From contig KZ538204.1 in NCBI GenBank assembly GCA_000934665.2, positions 1 through 64,000 on the forward strand: a stretch of 64,000 bases of DNA, written 5' to 3'. The stretch comes from Catajapyx aquilonaris. Lineage: Eukaryota. Under the pieces are notes generated by a model that was given only the letters and a program-made list of their open reading frames with translations, was not told the origin of the DNA and searched no databases. A program made the position numbers and the translations under genes. This document shows, piece by piece, positions 1 to 11,669 of the stretch. How positions within the stretch are numbered: position 1 is the stretch's first letter; every line of letters begins with the position of its first letter.

Positions 1-834
1 ATTCATGATTTTCGGTTATGCCACTGTATTCCCCATCCCAAGAAACCTCTAGATCCCAAAAATCTCGCCGATAGCACTAAGGATAGCTTCCTCAGGGCCT
101 TCATGAAGTGGTCCATTCTTGACCTTTTGACCCCTGCATCTCGAAAACGCTTGAGATCGAGGATTTCGCCAGAAGGGTGTTGTCCTTCTAGCTGATAAGG
201 AACCCGAAAAAAAATATTTCACCTTGAACTTCGAGTGACACTTCGAGAGGTTCCCTCGTTAGACATATTTACGTGTATCTAATATTTTCCCTTAATATTT
301 CATTCACAAAATGCCATGTTTTCAAATGTACGGTAATTTTGACTCTCGTGGTACGGTAGCTTTGAAGGGTCAGGTTGGCAATGCTGCCAGCTGCCGTACT
401 CAAGTTTCTCAGTAGGCCAGGAGCGATACTACCGTCAAAGATGGAGTAGCTCTGGAATTCACTGCAAGAAGTCCTTACGCGACAGCAACAGGTGAAACCC
501 GAGGTAAAGGTCCTAAAGATCAGGGGGTGCATAATTATAAGGTCAGGGAAAGCTCAAAGCTGAGACCTGCAATTAATTTACCACGGAGCCAGTTACAGCG
601 GGAGGTCAGCCTGCATGCTCGAAATAATTGGCAGACTTCTTTGCGTACACTGCAAATTTCAAAACATGTAATGAAGGTCAGAGAGGTTTGGCAATATTTA
701 GTCCTATCTCCATGGTCTGAAAGTGTTGGATCGAGCGAAAAATAGAAAGCTGCATGTCATTCCTCCATAAGGGCTGATGGGGGTGGTTGGACACAGATTC
801 TTGAGTAAGTTAGGATGTGTAATGAAAGAGATAC

Positions 835-1097
835 AATAATAATGGATACCCCGTGATAGGCCCCTTGGGCCTCTTAGGGGATCATCTTTTGAATACCCGA
901 CTTTAATCATTTGCCTGTAATGTGATGGATTTTGATAGTTGGAGGAAACGGGAGAACCCAGAGAAAACCCACACGAACACGGAGCGAACCCATCGAAACT
1001 CTATCCACATAAGTATCCTCCGTCCGACCCGGGGATCGAACTCGGGACCTTAGAGGTGGAAGGCTGCGGCGCTAACCACTCGGCCACTGTGTCGCCC
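835..1097 (-). mobile_element. tRNA-derived SINE
   Basis: Minus strand has a Pol III A box (TGGCCGAGTGG) and B box (GTTCGATCC) and a short (ATT)n tail. Flanked by the 14-bp direct repeat AATGAAAGAGATAC (821-834 and 1098-1111). Confidence 0.85.
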
Positions 1098-1110
1098 AAT
1101 GAAAGAGATA

Positions 1111-2310
1111 CGAGGGGTGTTCAAGTCATTCGCGGACTTTATTTTTTAACATATCATACACAAGTGACACATATGTCATACTTATCCCACACCTTCCTTC
1201 AACTGTCTTGTATGTTCAGTCAAGGGCCAGTCTCCGTAAACTGTCATGTGAGAGAGCAAATTAAGATGGTGTCGGGTGGTGTCAGCGCATTAGTGGGACA
1301 GCACGTAATCAAGTTTCTGATAGCGGAAGGCATCAAAGCATCGGACATTGTCACCAGACTGAGGGGACAGTATGGGGAGTATGTGTCAGTGGTGTACGAG
1401 TGGGCTGCGCGATACAAAGGCGGCCGGAAAAGTGTGCTCGATGATCCGGGACATGGCGGGTCGGCACCGAGTGTGGTGACGCCAGCGAACATCAAGCATG
1501 TGGAGGGTTTAGTGACTGTCGCGTTACTGTTCGTGAACTTGTGCAGATGACAGGAATCAGTTGTGGCAGTGTTGAGACTATTCTGCATGTCTCTAAGGTG
1601 TCTGCAAGGCATTATTCTGCTGCAGGACAATGCCCACCCCCACACAGCCCATATCACCATTGACAAAATTCGCACACTCGGTAGGACCACTATTCCTCAC
1701 CCACCATACAGCCCCGACCTCGCCCCCAGCGGTTTCCACCTTTTCGGGCCTTTAACCCTTAACTACGTAGGTGGGCGAAACACCTTTAACTATGTAAGTG
1801 GAGCCTGAGAGGCTCCAACGGTATATTTAAATTTCTGCTTATCAACTAAATTGTTATTTTGGACTTTTCACATACAGAATGTGCAGTTCAGATCATTAGG
1901 CTTCCGAAAACGTAAAAATCACACGCTGAGTCAGCATATTCCGACAGGGAAAGATTTTTAATTAAAAGGTTACATCATGTTTGAGCCGCTCAGGATTCAC
2001 CTACGAGATATAGAGCCTGAGCGGTTCCAGGAGGGACCTGTTCCTCGTTACGATTTTTTTAAAACCAAAGAATAGGGACTAAAATATTTTTTCTTTCCTT
2101 TTCATGCTGAGGAAGGTTTTTCTGACAAAGTCACGGACGGACAGGGGAAAATAAAATTCAATGAAAAAGTTACAGGCGTTTAAATAGTGCTTGGAGCCTC
2201 TCAGGCTCCACCTACGTAGTTAAGGGTTAAACGAGCATTTGCCTGCAGGATAACATGACGTGCCCTCCAGCTAAGGAGCAAGTAGTGGGCAATTGGGAAA
2301 AGTGCATGGG
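1111..2310 (+). mobile_element. Degenerate mariner-family transposon
   Basis: Begins TA|CGAGGGGTGTTCA (mariner-type TIR). Encodes an HTH-like segment (VIKFLIAEG...VYEWAARYKGGRKSVLDD) and catalytic-region motifs LLQDNAHPH and HPPYSPDLAPSGFHLFGPL. Internally deleted; after the insertion it resumes with a WEKC remnant near 2294. Confidence 0.9.
1756..2226. mobile_element. piggyBac-like MITE inserted into the mariner ORF
   Basis: TTAA at 1752-1755 and 2227-2230; TIR CCCTTAACTACGTAGGTGG / CCACCTACGTAGTTAAGGG. Confidence 0.85.
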
Positions 2311-3053
2311 CCGGGCCTAATCATCTGTGACAGGGGAGAGGCACTACCATAATTGCCATGGTCCGCCAAAGTTGGTAGGGACATGTGCCAACGTGCCCCA
2401 AACAAAATGTGCCATCGGACCCAGTAGGCATTTTTTTACCTTTCCTGCTCTTGAGTGGCAAATATTAAACGGCCATTTATGCTGTCATTTTGTAGGTATA
2501 TATTATGCCTTGCAAACACATTTTTGGGCTCAGTGATCTAGCACTTCGGTTGGAAGAAAAAAGAAAAAACGAATGAGAAATTGAAATTTACTCAAATGGT
2601 CAAAAATCGAAAAAATCAGTACTGCCACCGACAGTGTTTTGCGACTGAATTGCACCTACCACATAAGCATCATGTCCGTGAACCTAATAGCCTCTTCAAA
2701 AATTTGACTGTGCCATTTTACCCCTGTAGCCCCGGTCCTCCCCTACTTAAATTACATTCACACAATATATTAAGTGGTGGAATTCACAGAATGAAAAATC
2801 ACTTAACTTACCTGTTGAATTATGAAGATTTATGTGGAGCCTATTCAGGAGAGAAATTTCCACGACATTAGAAAAATTGTTTCCAACTTGAATGTATGTG
2901 AAAATGCATGAACTTTTCTTCACATATTAATAAAAATGTACAATTTCAGCTTTCAGATGACACCACAATATTCTTCTCATGAACTACTGGATAAACAAGA
3001 TTCTCAGAAATGAGACAAAAGCAGAGCCCTTGGTGGGGCCAGTCCTGAAACAT

Positions 3054-5130
3054 AAAGTTCTGTTGAACTACTTCGATATTGAGCAAAAGGAAACTACCAA
3101 GTCACGATCACGCCAGACGAAGAGGAACTGATATTCCGCTCGATGAACCAAGTCATGGGGGAGAAGCTGGGAAAGTACATTTTCGACGGCTCGGTGCTTT
3201 ACGCAGCAAAGAGGGTAGAAGAGGTCAGTAAACGAGAAGCTGTACCTGCACAGTTATACTCATCTTAATTTTCTTCCGCAGCCCATCACCATCCACTCAA
3301 GCCGCAATTTGGACGATGTTCTCATAACAGTTGAAGTGCAGATCATCATATTGCTGCGTAGGTGTATGATACACAAAGATTATGATCAGCTGGGCCGCGA
3401 CTTCTAAGACAGAAAGAAAAAAATCATGATGGAAAGGGAGCAGTTGGAGCGACGCTGGATTGCTCTTGCGAGTGGATACGTTACACAAATTATTTCGCAG
3501 GTCGACTATCATGGACGTCATGAGCAGAGCACAAGCTAAGATTCTGGTCTACTATCGCAAGCACTGCGAGCAGTCCTTTAAAGGGACTGTTGTTATGACC
3601 CACTACAACCTCAGGACGTACTTGGTGACTGGAGTCGACTGGATGGTGACTCCGTCGTACAAGCTTGATTACAAGGGCGTGCAAGCAACCTTTATCGTCT
3701 ACAGCAGGTAAGTGCATTGGGGGCATTATCCGGAATACTGACTAACTAATTGGCATTTTTCAGCTAAGAAGCGGGATAAGAAAGCTGCGGATGATCCCAC
3801 AGAGCTCTCGTGCCTGTTTATCTCGTGCCCGAACTTTCCTATCTGACCGGACTGACCACTGGGATGAGATCCGACTTCCAACTGATGAAGTCCCTCTCAC
3901 ACCACAGCACTTGTCCCAGATCGAGGAACTGTGCAGCTCTCTTAACTATGACGACCAGGTGCAACGAGAGCTCAGCCACTGGGGGATCAGCGTCAGACCA
4001 GGCAGTCTCCAGGTGGTCTCCAGGTTCTGCAGCCTCTCACGATGCTATCCTGCAAACGAGGCAGGATTGATCTGAATATCTATAGGGACTGGACCAAATT
4101 TTTGAGGTGTAAGTAGTTGACAACTTACGAAAACGTAGAGTGACTGCAACCTGTGTCTTAATTTTCAGTCAGTCACATGAGCGCATGCGCAATCATTAGC
4201 AACTGGGTGGTAATTACAACGGCTGCTCAACAGCATGACAAATGCCCTCAGCCATACCTCAGCTGATTTCCTTCGCCAGAGCACTTGGATTTCATCTTCA
4301 TCCTCCCAGACACATGTGAGATGACAAACTTCAAGGGACAGCGGAAAAAAGTCTGTTATAACCGAGGTCTGTTGTAGCCAAATCGCCACATTTGTAATGA
4401 ATTAATGAATACACAAGTTTTCTGCTTCCGTATGCTTATAATGCACACTATTACTGCATTTATTAATGAAAGTATCCACAAAATTGCAAAATTAGCTCAC
4501 CTGTAAATTACGCAGGACAAAAACAAATCCGAAAATTTTTCTGCCATCTCCTTGCTGCCAAATATACCAGAAAAAGTCTTATTTTGACCTTTTGGGCAAG
4601 TGTTAGATCAGTGACAGGTGGGAAAATCACCCCCCTCCAGTATTCTCTGAGGTTGGTGCTACAAGAGCTTTCCAGCATCCTCTTTAACGAAGTTCTTGGT
4701 TTGCAGCGAGATTCTGGATCACACCTCAGCTGCTTACCATGTGCACGTCATGTGTTCAATGTACCGTGACTTCTTACGACCTGATGGGTCGTGTGGAAGC
4801 GGCCAGTCGCCTTGTCCCATCCAGCTCATACTGGTCGTTATGGATGGCTGATGTGAAGGTGCTCTGCAACATGGAGCTAGGCATCGCAAGCCAGATGGTC
4901 CTCAGATGGCGACTTAATCTGGGAAATAGGGCCTGGGATCCATCGCCGTGAAAATGGTGATTCAGATCAACTGCAAGCTCGGAGGAGAGTCCTGGGCAGT
5001 CGAGCACCCTATAGAAAACAGGATGTTCATCGGGGTGGATGTGTTGTTCGACTCGTTGGATCCCGCCAACTACAGCAACAACTGCAGCCGATACTTCAGC
5101 CAAGTCAGCCAAGAAGTGATATGCCATGGA
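3054..5130 (+). pseudogene. piwi-like: Piwi-clade Argonaute (Piwi/Aubergine/Ago3-like) pseudogene, unprocessed
   Basis: Colinear Piwi motifs: N domain (LLNYF, LGKYIFDGSVLY), LLRRCM..QLGRDF*D, PAZ (GTVVMTHYNLRTYLVTGVDW; YLVPELSYLTGLTTGMRSDFQLMK), ELSHWG, DWTK, MID/PIWI start (GIASQMV; QINCKLGGESWAVEHP; MFIGVDV). Short GT-AG introns at 3224-3281, 3708-3763 and about 4110-4168. In-frame TAA at 3405-3407, several frameshifts and deletions, truncated early in the PIWI domain. Confidence 0.92.
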
Positions 5131-5414
5131 ACTGTTACCGTTGGTTCGTGGGAGTGTTTCAGCTTCAAACAATATTGGTGAGCTGTTATAAATTGAATGT
5201 ACAAATGTTCCCTTAGAAATTGTCACAGGACAAGGTTACGATAGTTGCTGAAGTTACTGTTGTTCCCAACAAAGTTTACAAGTTAATGCCAATTAACAAC
5301 TACGTTATCTCAGCAAAGGCCTGGCCAAATGCCAGCCTCACGGGTTCTAAACGAGCAGCTACATTATCAATTGTGAGTCCTAGCCCGCGCCCTCCTGGTC
5401 ACTCCCACCTACCC

Positions 5415-5636
5415 CCTGCCGGGGCGTTTTGCATGAGGTGCTCACCTGAGAGCGCCATGAGACCTTTCAGAGCACTGGTATGTGGCGACCCTACCGGACA
5501 TGTTGGGCCCGCATGTAGCGCTTCCCTTTTGTACCTATAAAGTTCAGCATAGTCCGGTAGGGTCGCCACATACCAGTGCTCTGAAAGGTCTCATGGCACT
5601 CTCAGGTGAGCACCTCATGCAAAATGCCCTGGCAGG
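5415..5636. repeat. Fold-back inverted repeat (MITE-like hairpin)
   Basis: Arms of about 85-90 bp (CCTGCCGGGGCGTTTTGCATGAGGTGCTCACC...) are near-perfect reverse complements around a short spacer. Confidence 0.85.
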
Positions 5637-5689
5637 CGATAAGATCAAAAGATAGTAAGAGTGTCCGGGAGCTGCCTTGAAGTATATCA

Positions 5690-5846
5690 GTAAGATTCCC
5701 CAGGAGGTTAGGTTACCAGACACCTCCTTGGTGCAGGTCAGAGACCCTCCTGACAGAGGTGAAAGGAAAGTTCCCCAGGCGGGGATCGAACCTGGGGCCT
5801 TTCACTCAGCAAGCCGAGACGTTACTATCACGGCCACCACACCTCC
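5690..5846 (-). mobile_element. tRNA-derived SINE head (same family as 20136-20469)
   Basis: Minus strand GTGGCCGTGATAGTAACGTCTCGGCTTGC...GGTTCGATCCC; shares GTCTCGGCTTGC and CAGGAGGGTCTCTGA with the 20.1-kb copy. Confidence 0.75.
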
Positions 5847-6082
5847 CCACAGCCATCTCCCTTATCTAATATTGAGCCAGCAGATTCCGAGCCTAAGTGT
5901 ACGCATGAATTTTTTCTTAAAATGGTGATCTACATGCAATAATTTTGATTGACATAAATCTGAGCACTTGTTATGGCCAAAATAATTCATGAAAGGCATA
6001 TTGACGAAAAATTTACACCGAAATTGACACGTGCTATTTCTTACTAGCGAGTAGATTAATGTTACTGTATTTTACATTGCAG

Positions 6083-8259
6083 ATCACAATGTGGCAGAAT
6101 TTAAAGAAGAGGAAGGTCACCGATTCACAATTCGTCAAGGATCTGGCCTTAGCAACATGGGGGAGAAAGACCACAGAGAGGAGTGTCAGGGGGATTGCTT
6201 GCCCATCAGCCACTGCCATTGCAAAGCCACCCCTGACACCCGAAAAAGTGGCAGTCATAAGGGGTAAGTATGTGGCATTTTAGCCAGCTGTAATGCCCAG
6301 GATGTGTTATACTATGGATAGGTAGATTCTCAGACGGTGGAGCCGTCTAGCAGCCGGAAAGTGCAGTTTTGACAGGAAAGAAGGGCGACTCGTGCTTGGC
6401 TCACACAGTGGGGTCGGAAGTCACAATAATATTTCACTTCTGGCAGAGAAGGTACCATTTACAGTGCTGATACTACATCCCTTCCTGAACGTAAATAGCC
6501 CCAGACCACAAGTTATAAGGCTCTAATTAGCCCGTAATTAATTCATCAAAATGGTGGTATTCAGGAAATATATATTGCGGAATTCCACTCTTATTTACGG
6601 ATATTTATCATGTATGACATGTTATTTTCACACACGTTGCAGTGTAAAACTCTATCGAAATATTAAATAATTTTAAAGGGACATTTTATCATTATAACAT
6701 TAAATAAGGCAGCCAAAAGTCGGAAAATAAACTTTTCGGCTACATGGTCATATTTGGTATGAAATCATGTGTTTTTAAGGGTGCAGAATTCAGTGGTGGC
6801 ACCGAAAATAGTACCAGACAATTCCAGAAGTAATACAGTGAAACCTGTCTATAACGGGGGGGGGGGAAGTTGCTGCCGGCCAGCGGCAATCCAGAGGGAG
6901 CCAAGGACGGAGTTGTCCAGGAGGAGGAGTTCCAGGACCCAGACATCAACGTAGTAGAGGAGGACACTCAACTGGAAGTTGTCCAGGAGGACGAGTCTCA
7001 GGTCCTAGACATTGTCGACCTGCACCTGGATGACGAGTTGGGGAGCCCTTTGTCGTGGTGAGAATGCAGAAGTGACATTTCATTTTTTTTTTTTTTTTTG
7101 TGGGTGTGTATGTATTGTTTTATGTGTGCAAATCCGGATTTGTGTAAAAATTTGTGAGATTTTTTTTGTTGTAAATAATTCCCTAAAGGATTGTGGGAAG
7201 ATTGTTATTATGTTGTTGTTGTTGTTGTTGTTGTATGTAATTATTGTATTCCATTATTGTAGTTGTTGTAAGAAGGAGTGGCGGCCTATCATTTAGACCC
7301 CCACTCTTCAATTTAAAAAAAAAGGAGCAATGTAATGCCCAGGATGTGTTATTCAATTGTTTCGTTCATGTTTGTTGTTCTTGTTAAATGTTATTCAATT
7401 GTTTTGTTGTTGTTGTCAGGTCTTGTTTAAGTATTGTTCATTTGTTCTATTAGTTTGTTGATGTTGTTCAATTGTTTGTATAATTCTATTGGCATACTTG
7501 TCAACAAACTTGGACTATAAAAGGAGGTGTCCTGAGCCTGCGGGAGTCAGTCAGTCGCCAGCCTCTGATGAGGTAACACCTCCAGAAAGGCGCTGACCGG
7601 CTTAGCCGAGTTCAGGACCCGATCATACCAAAGACTATTGTTGTTTCATTTACCTTTCAGAACATTCAGTTAGGGACAAGTCAACAACCGACTAGGCATT
7701 CGTCATATCAGGGCCAGCAGGTAACTGCGTCGCCCAGATATACGAATCCGTCCACTCAAGACTGACCAGTCATGTGTCATGGATGGGCCAGCAGGCATCT
7801 GCGTCGCCCATACATACACTGACTAGGCGAAGCATATCAGGGCCAGCAGGCAACTGCGTCGCTCGGATATCTGAACCTGTCAGTCTTGACCTGTACACTG
7901 ATCCTGGCAACAATCTAGTAAGAGCTTCCCTCTCACTAACCAACCAGCAGGTTAGCGGAAGCCCGAATCGGGGCAAGGTGTACCAATAATACGACACTCA
8001 TTGGTCACCTTAAGTTTACCTGTGCATGTACCCAAACCTGGCGTTACACAGCTTATTGATTCCACCTGATATTATCGGCATTATTTAACTCTTTTTTTCT
8101 AAATATTTAGAAGCACTGAAGAGGAAAGTAGTAAAAGAAGAGGCGGATGCTGCCAAACAAGACATCCGATGCAAACAGGCAAAAATAAACCGGATGCTTA
8201 GCGAAAAAATAAGCGACTTATGCCAAGTGCGTCGGGCACAATCTGATGCCTACAGTTAG
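6083..8259 (+). CDS. BEN-domain-like coding segment, last two exons: join(6083..6263,8111..8259); 5' part not found
   Basis: Exon 1 follows TTGCAG and reads ITMWQNLKKRKVTDSQFVKDLALATWGRKTTERSVRGIACPSATAIAKPPLTPEKVAVIR, ending at GTAAGT (phase 1). Exon 2 follows TTTAG and continues in frame EALKRKVVKEEADAAKQDIRCKQAKINRMLSEKISDLCQVRRAQSDAYS*. AATAAA at 8266. Pattern F.K.LA.A.WG...RS..G...KP.L.P.K...I and IN..L..KI.D resembles arthropod/viral BEN domains. Confidence 0.7.
6289..8048 (+). mobile_element. Internally deleted LTR retrotransposon (Ty3/gypsy-like) inside the BEN intron
   Basis: TGTAATGCCCAGGATGTGTTAT occurs at 6289 and 7331. Full 3' LTR 7331-8048 (TGTAATGCC...GGCGTTACA) preceded by a purine tract (AAAAAAAAAGGAGCAA). 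4-bp TSD CAGC at 6285-6288 and 8049-8052. Confidence 0.85.
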
Positions 8260-9142
8260 ATTAAAAATAAAGATTGTAAAAGCAAATATTTCATTGTTGT
8301 GTTTATTGTTATTTAGGGGGTGACAATCTTCATCCAGGAAGGAATATTCTGCTGCAATGCCTTGACAAATTTTCAGTGATTTGTCATACACTCCAGATTG
8401 GCCACAGTCGTTGCAGTTTCCTCATGAACCATCCATTATCCATCCATCCATCAATTTGCACATATGACTTATCCTTGGAACTTGGAAGCATGCACACAGG
8501 ATCCATCAGATATTTTTCTCCAGCAAGACCAGCATGCTGGTCCAGCACACCAGCATTGCTGGTTTCAAAACCCTGTACATGCCGCTGGAGAGTCATATGG
8601 TCATATCCAGTGCCGTCTTAACTGCAAGACAGGCTCCCGGGCAAAGCAGGCCACTGGGGCCCCTTGCTACACAATCATTCAAGAAGAATAAAAATGTAAA
8701 TGGTCAATAAAATAAACACAATAGGCCTACACAAAAGCGATTTTACCGTATACCGTACAAAGGAGTAAATTACCGTATGCCCCCACAATTGGTGAAAAGC
8801 ACCTAAAAGCTAAAACTCTCAGCAGAAGAGGTAGAAAGCAGGTAACAAATAACTACCTGCCTACAGACAATGCCACAACAATGCGAATTAATTTTGGCCA
8901 TTACATGTGCACATAGGTGACAGGAGACATCACTGCAGGCGGCTCATTTATTACCCCCGACGTAGCCTACTTCATTGTGACATTTTGCTAGAATCGTTCT
9001 ATGGTAATACTGTTTGGTTCGATCAAGAAAATCGGCGGTATGGAAAGGCGGCTTTTTCTGCGAAGGCTCAAGTCGCTCAACAGTGAACAAGAACAGCCAT
9101 ACAAGCCGTGCACTTCCGGACTCCCCTGAAAAACCAACCCAG

Positions 9143-9187
<45 letters not shown>
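9143..9187. repeat. (TTG)n microsatellite
   Basis: Direct reading. Confidence 0.95.
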
Positions 9188-9649
9188 AATAATAACTTAA
9201 TAAGCGAATAATTCACTTCCCGTGATTCTGACTAGGCAGCCGATATGGAGGCCACAGGTTTGGTACCTGGGTACTACCAAGAGCTAATGGTACTACCAAC
9301 ATCGTAGGCCCTGCCTGCACTTCGAGTTATAGTAGTGAAGGTATAGAAATTCGAGTTAGGGAAGTTTATTTCCTGTCATTTTACATTGTGACCAACCAAG
9401 CTCATAATTTTCTTCGACTTATGGAAGTTTTCTATGTAAATTCACATGTCATTGAGGTTTTCCAGTGGTTCCAAGCATAACAAAAGCAAAAGAAAGAATG
9501 TGACGGAGTCGATCAACCTGCATAACGTATAGAGGCACTGCTTAGTTTGTTCGCCGATAGATGTGGACACCAGTGCTGCCTTCCATTTTTAGCACCGTAA
9601 CCGCCCAAGTAGCAATGTACTGTATAATTTTTTAAAGTGAAAACATTTC

Positions 9650-9718
<69 letters not shown>
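9650..9718. repeat. (AAT)n microsatellite, possibly a retroposon tail
   Basis: Direct reading. Confidence 0.95.
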
Positions 9719-9719
<1 letters not shown>

Positions 9720-11669
9720 TAGATCAGTGGGTGGGAAAGTTGTCTCTACTGAATTCTTACACTAGTTCATTAGTAACGCGCTGGAAAATAATTTATCAGT
9801 GAATTGCAGGCAGTTTCCCAAGTTCCCATTCCCCAGCTTTCCCATTCGGCCAGTGTCCAACAGTAATAATAACAGGCCGAGTTTACAAAAGAGCAGTCCC
9901 CCTTCCCACGAGCGAAACATTTCTATCTGGCAAATCCCTTTGGATTCCTCTGACAACCTCCCCTGGTAATGCCCACTTTGGATTAGAGGAAATCTTTTTT
10001 GAGTGGGGTGGTGCAGAGGGAGGCAGCAGGGAGGGTTAGATGGGGAGACATGTTCTGCGGGATCGGATAAATTCCTTTTCCGTAGTCGGCATTGTTTCGG
10101 GTGGTGGAGATGAGAATGGGAGAAAGAAGCAGGGGGAAGGAGGAGGAGGGGGGGGTGTCCATGAAACGCAAAAGGAAAAGCAAGTCGGGCTATTGATCTG
10201 AGAGTCCTCTACTCTTTACAAGCTAGCTCAGTCTTCCGTCCTCCCACACTCTTGCTATCTACTCGAGCGTTAAGTTCGGAAGAATTTCAGATGGAAAACT
10301 TTGTATCTATGTGACACTTCTATGATTCGTTCAGTACACTGAAAGTATACAGGTACAATACCGGATACCATATTTACAATGGGAGGGGGGGGGGAGATAA
10401 TTAATACGAGTCTTAGTTATTACTTTTATTGGCCTGTGGCAAGATGTATAGGTACAAACAAGGTAAAGTAAAGAGAAGGTTGGAGATGAAAAGAAATATA
10501 GAATGGATGTCGAGGGAAGACTGCTGGGAACTCAGCGAGCGGAATTGTCGAGCCGAAAAATTAATTATTCCAGGTTCCTTGCTCTCGTAAGATTCTGACT
10601 GCCTCTCTTTTTTTCCCCCCCTTTCTGATTCTCGCTTGATTCTCCAATCTTCTCCGGGTTTTCTCTTCATTACTACTCCAGGAAATAAGGCCGTCCAATA
10701 ATTTTCTCTGCTTCTTTTGCAATCCGGTTATGGTTTGGAGCTTATTTAAATCTGCTTGCAGGCAACCAGGCAGCCAATATCATTTTAAGAAGCGATAAAG
10801 CCTCTGAGATACATTTTGAGCCTTGATGAATTTAAAGCACTTTTTTTTCCGGAACGACCTGAATGTATGAGAGACACTGTAGGAAGATTTGATAAGTTGA
10901 TTAAACATTCAATATCGAACTGAAACTGCTCACTCACAATTTTATGCACATATTGCATTGTAAGTAGTCGCTTTATTTCTGGGTATTGGAAAAGTGAGTT
11001 GCAACTTGAATAATCATACCACTGTCATTAAGCTGGTCATGAACACTTCCTGGCTTCATTGCACCTTTCATTAGACTAAACGTCGCACCCCATATCTTCT
11101 GCTAATTAGCATCCACATTTCCTTTTCTAATTCGCCCAGTTGCATTGGGTAGAACTGATGGTAATAGGAACAAACGAGCAGGAGCATTAGTAAAATGCAA
11201 ACAGAAGCTCGTGTTCGTTCTCTGACCTCCCCGACCTAATAAGCTAATAATGGCAGGTGGCCGAGGTTTGAAACCGGGCATGAAATAGTGCAAACTGTTC
11301 CCGAGCGATATAACGGTGTCCATACCACCCCCCGCCCCCGCTTCCAACCTTTCCCGCGCTGTCCCCGCGGCCATTTGCAGAAGAGTCGTGACGGCGGCAT
11401 GGAAATGGAGGGAAATGAAGGAAATGGGACGGGAGCTCCGGAAACAGATGGGTCTGCGGATTCGATTTGAGCTGGAGGCGATGGGGCTTCTGCCTCGCAT
11501 TCTACTCTGCACAATTGCTATCGTATTTGCAATTATTGTCGTCCGATGCTGCGTAATTATGATCCAGAGTTATGGGAAAGTTGTATGAGCTGTATTTACA
11601 TTTAGTGATTTAGCCTACAGTGTAATTTGCGCAGACATGTCCCTTTTCTTATTTTATAAACTAGAAACA

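Noticed and set aside
1..262. Probable DNA-transposon terminus (similar style at 32100-32601)
   Set aside because: The partner end is not visible in the window, so family and boundaries cannot be supported.
1000..1097. tRNA-like sequences here and at 5780-5846, 20140-20210, 23790-23860 and 62480-62545
   Set aside because: A and B boxes continue into SINE bodies with tails or TSDs and lack a complete cloverleaf; these are SINE heads, not tRNA genes.
939..1550. 203-aa ORF
   Set aside because: Chimeric read-through of an antisense SINE into the mariner 5' region; not a gene.
8944..9216. Poly-Q and poly-C ORFs (also poly-L and poly-Y at 62671-62926)
   Set aside because: Translations of trinucleotide microsatellites.
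11102..11588. Cluster of overlapping ORFs downstream of the Ig gene
   Set aside because: No recognisable motifs or convincing splice link; probably 3' UTR or GC-rich non-coding DNA.
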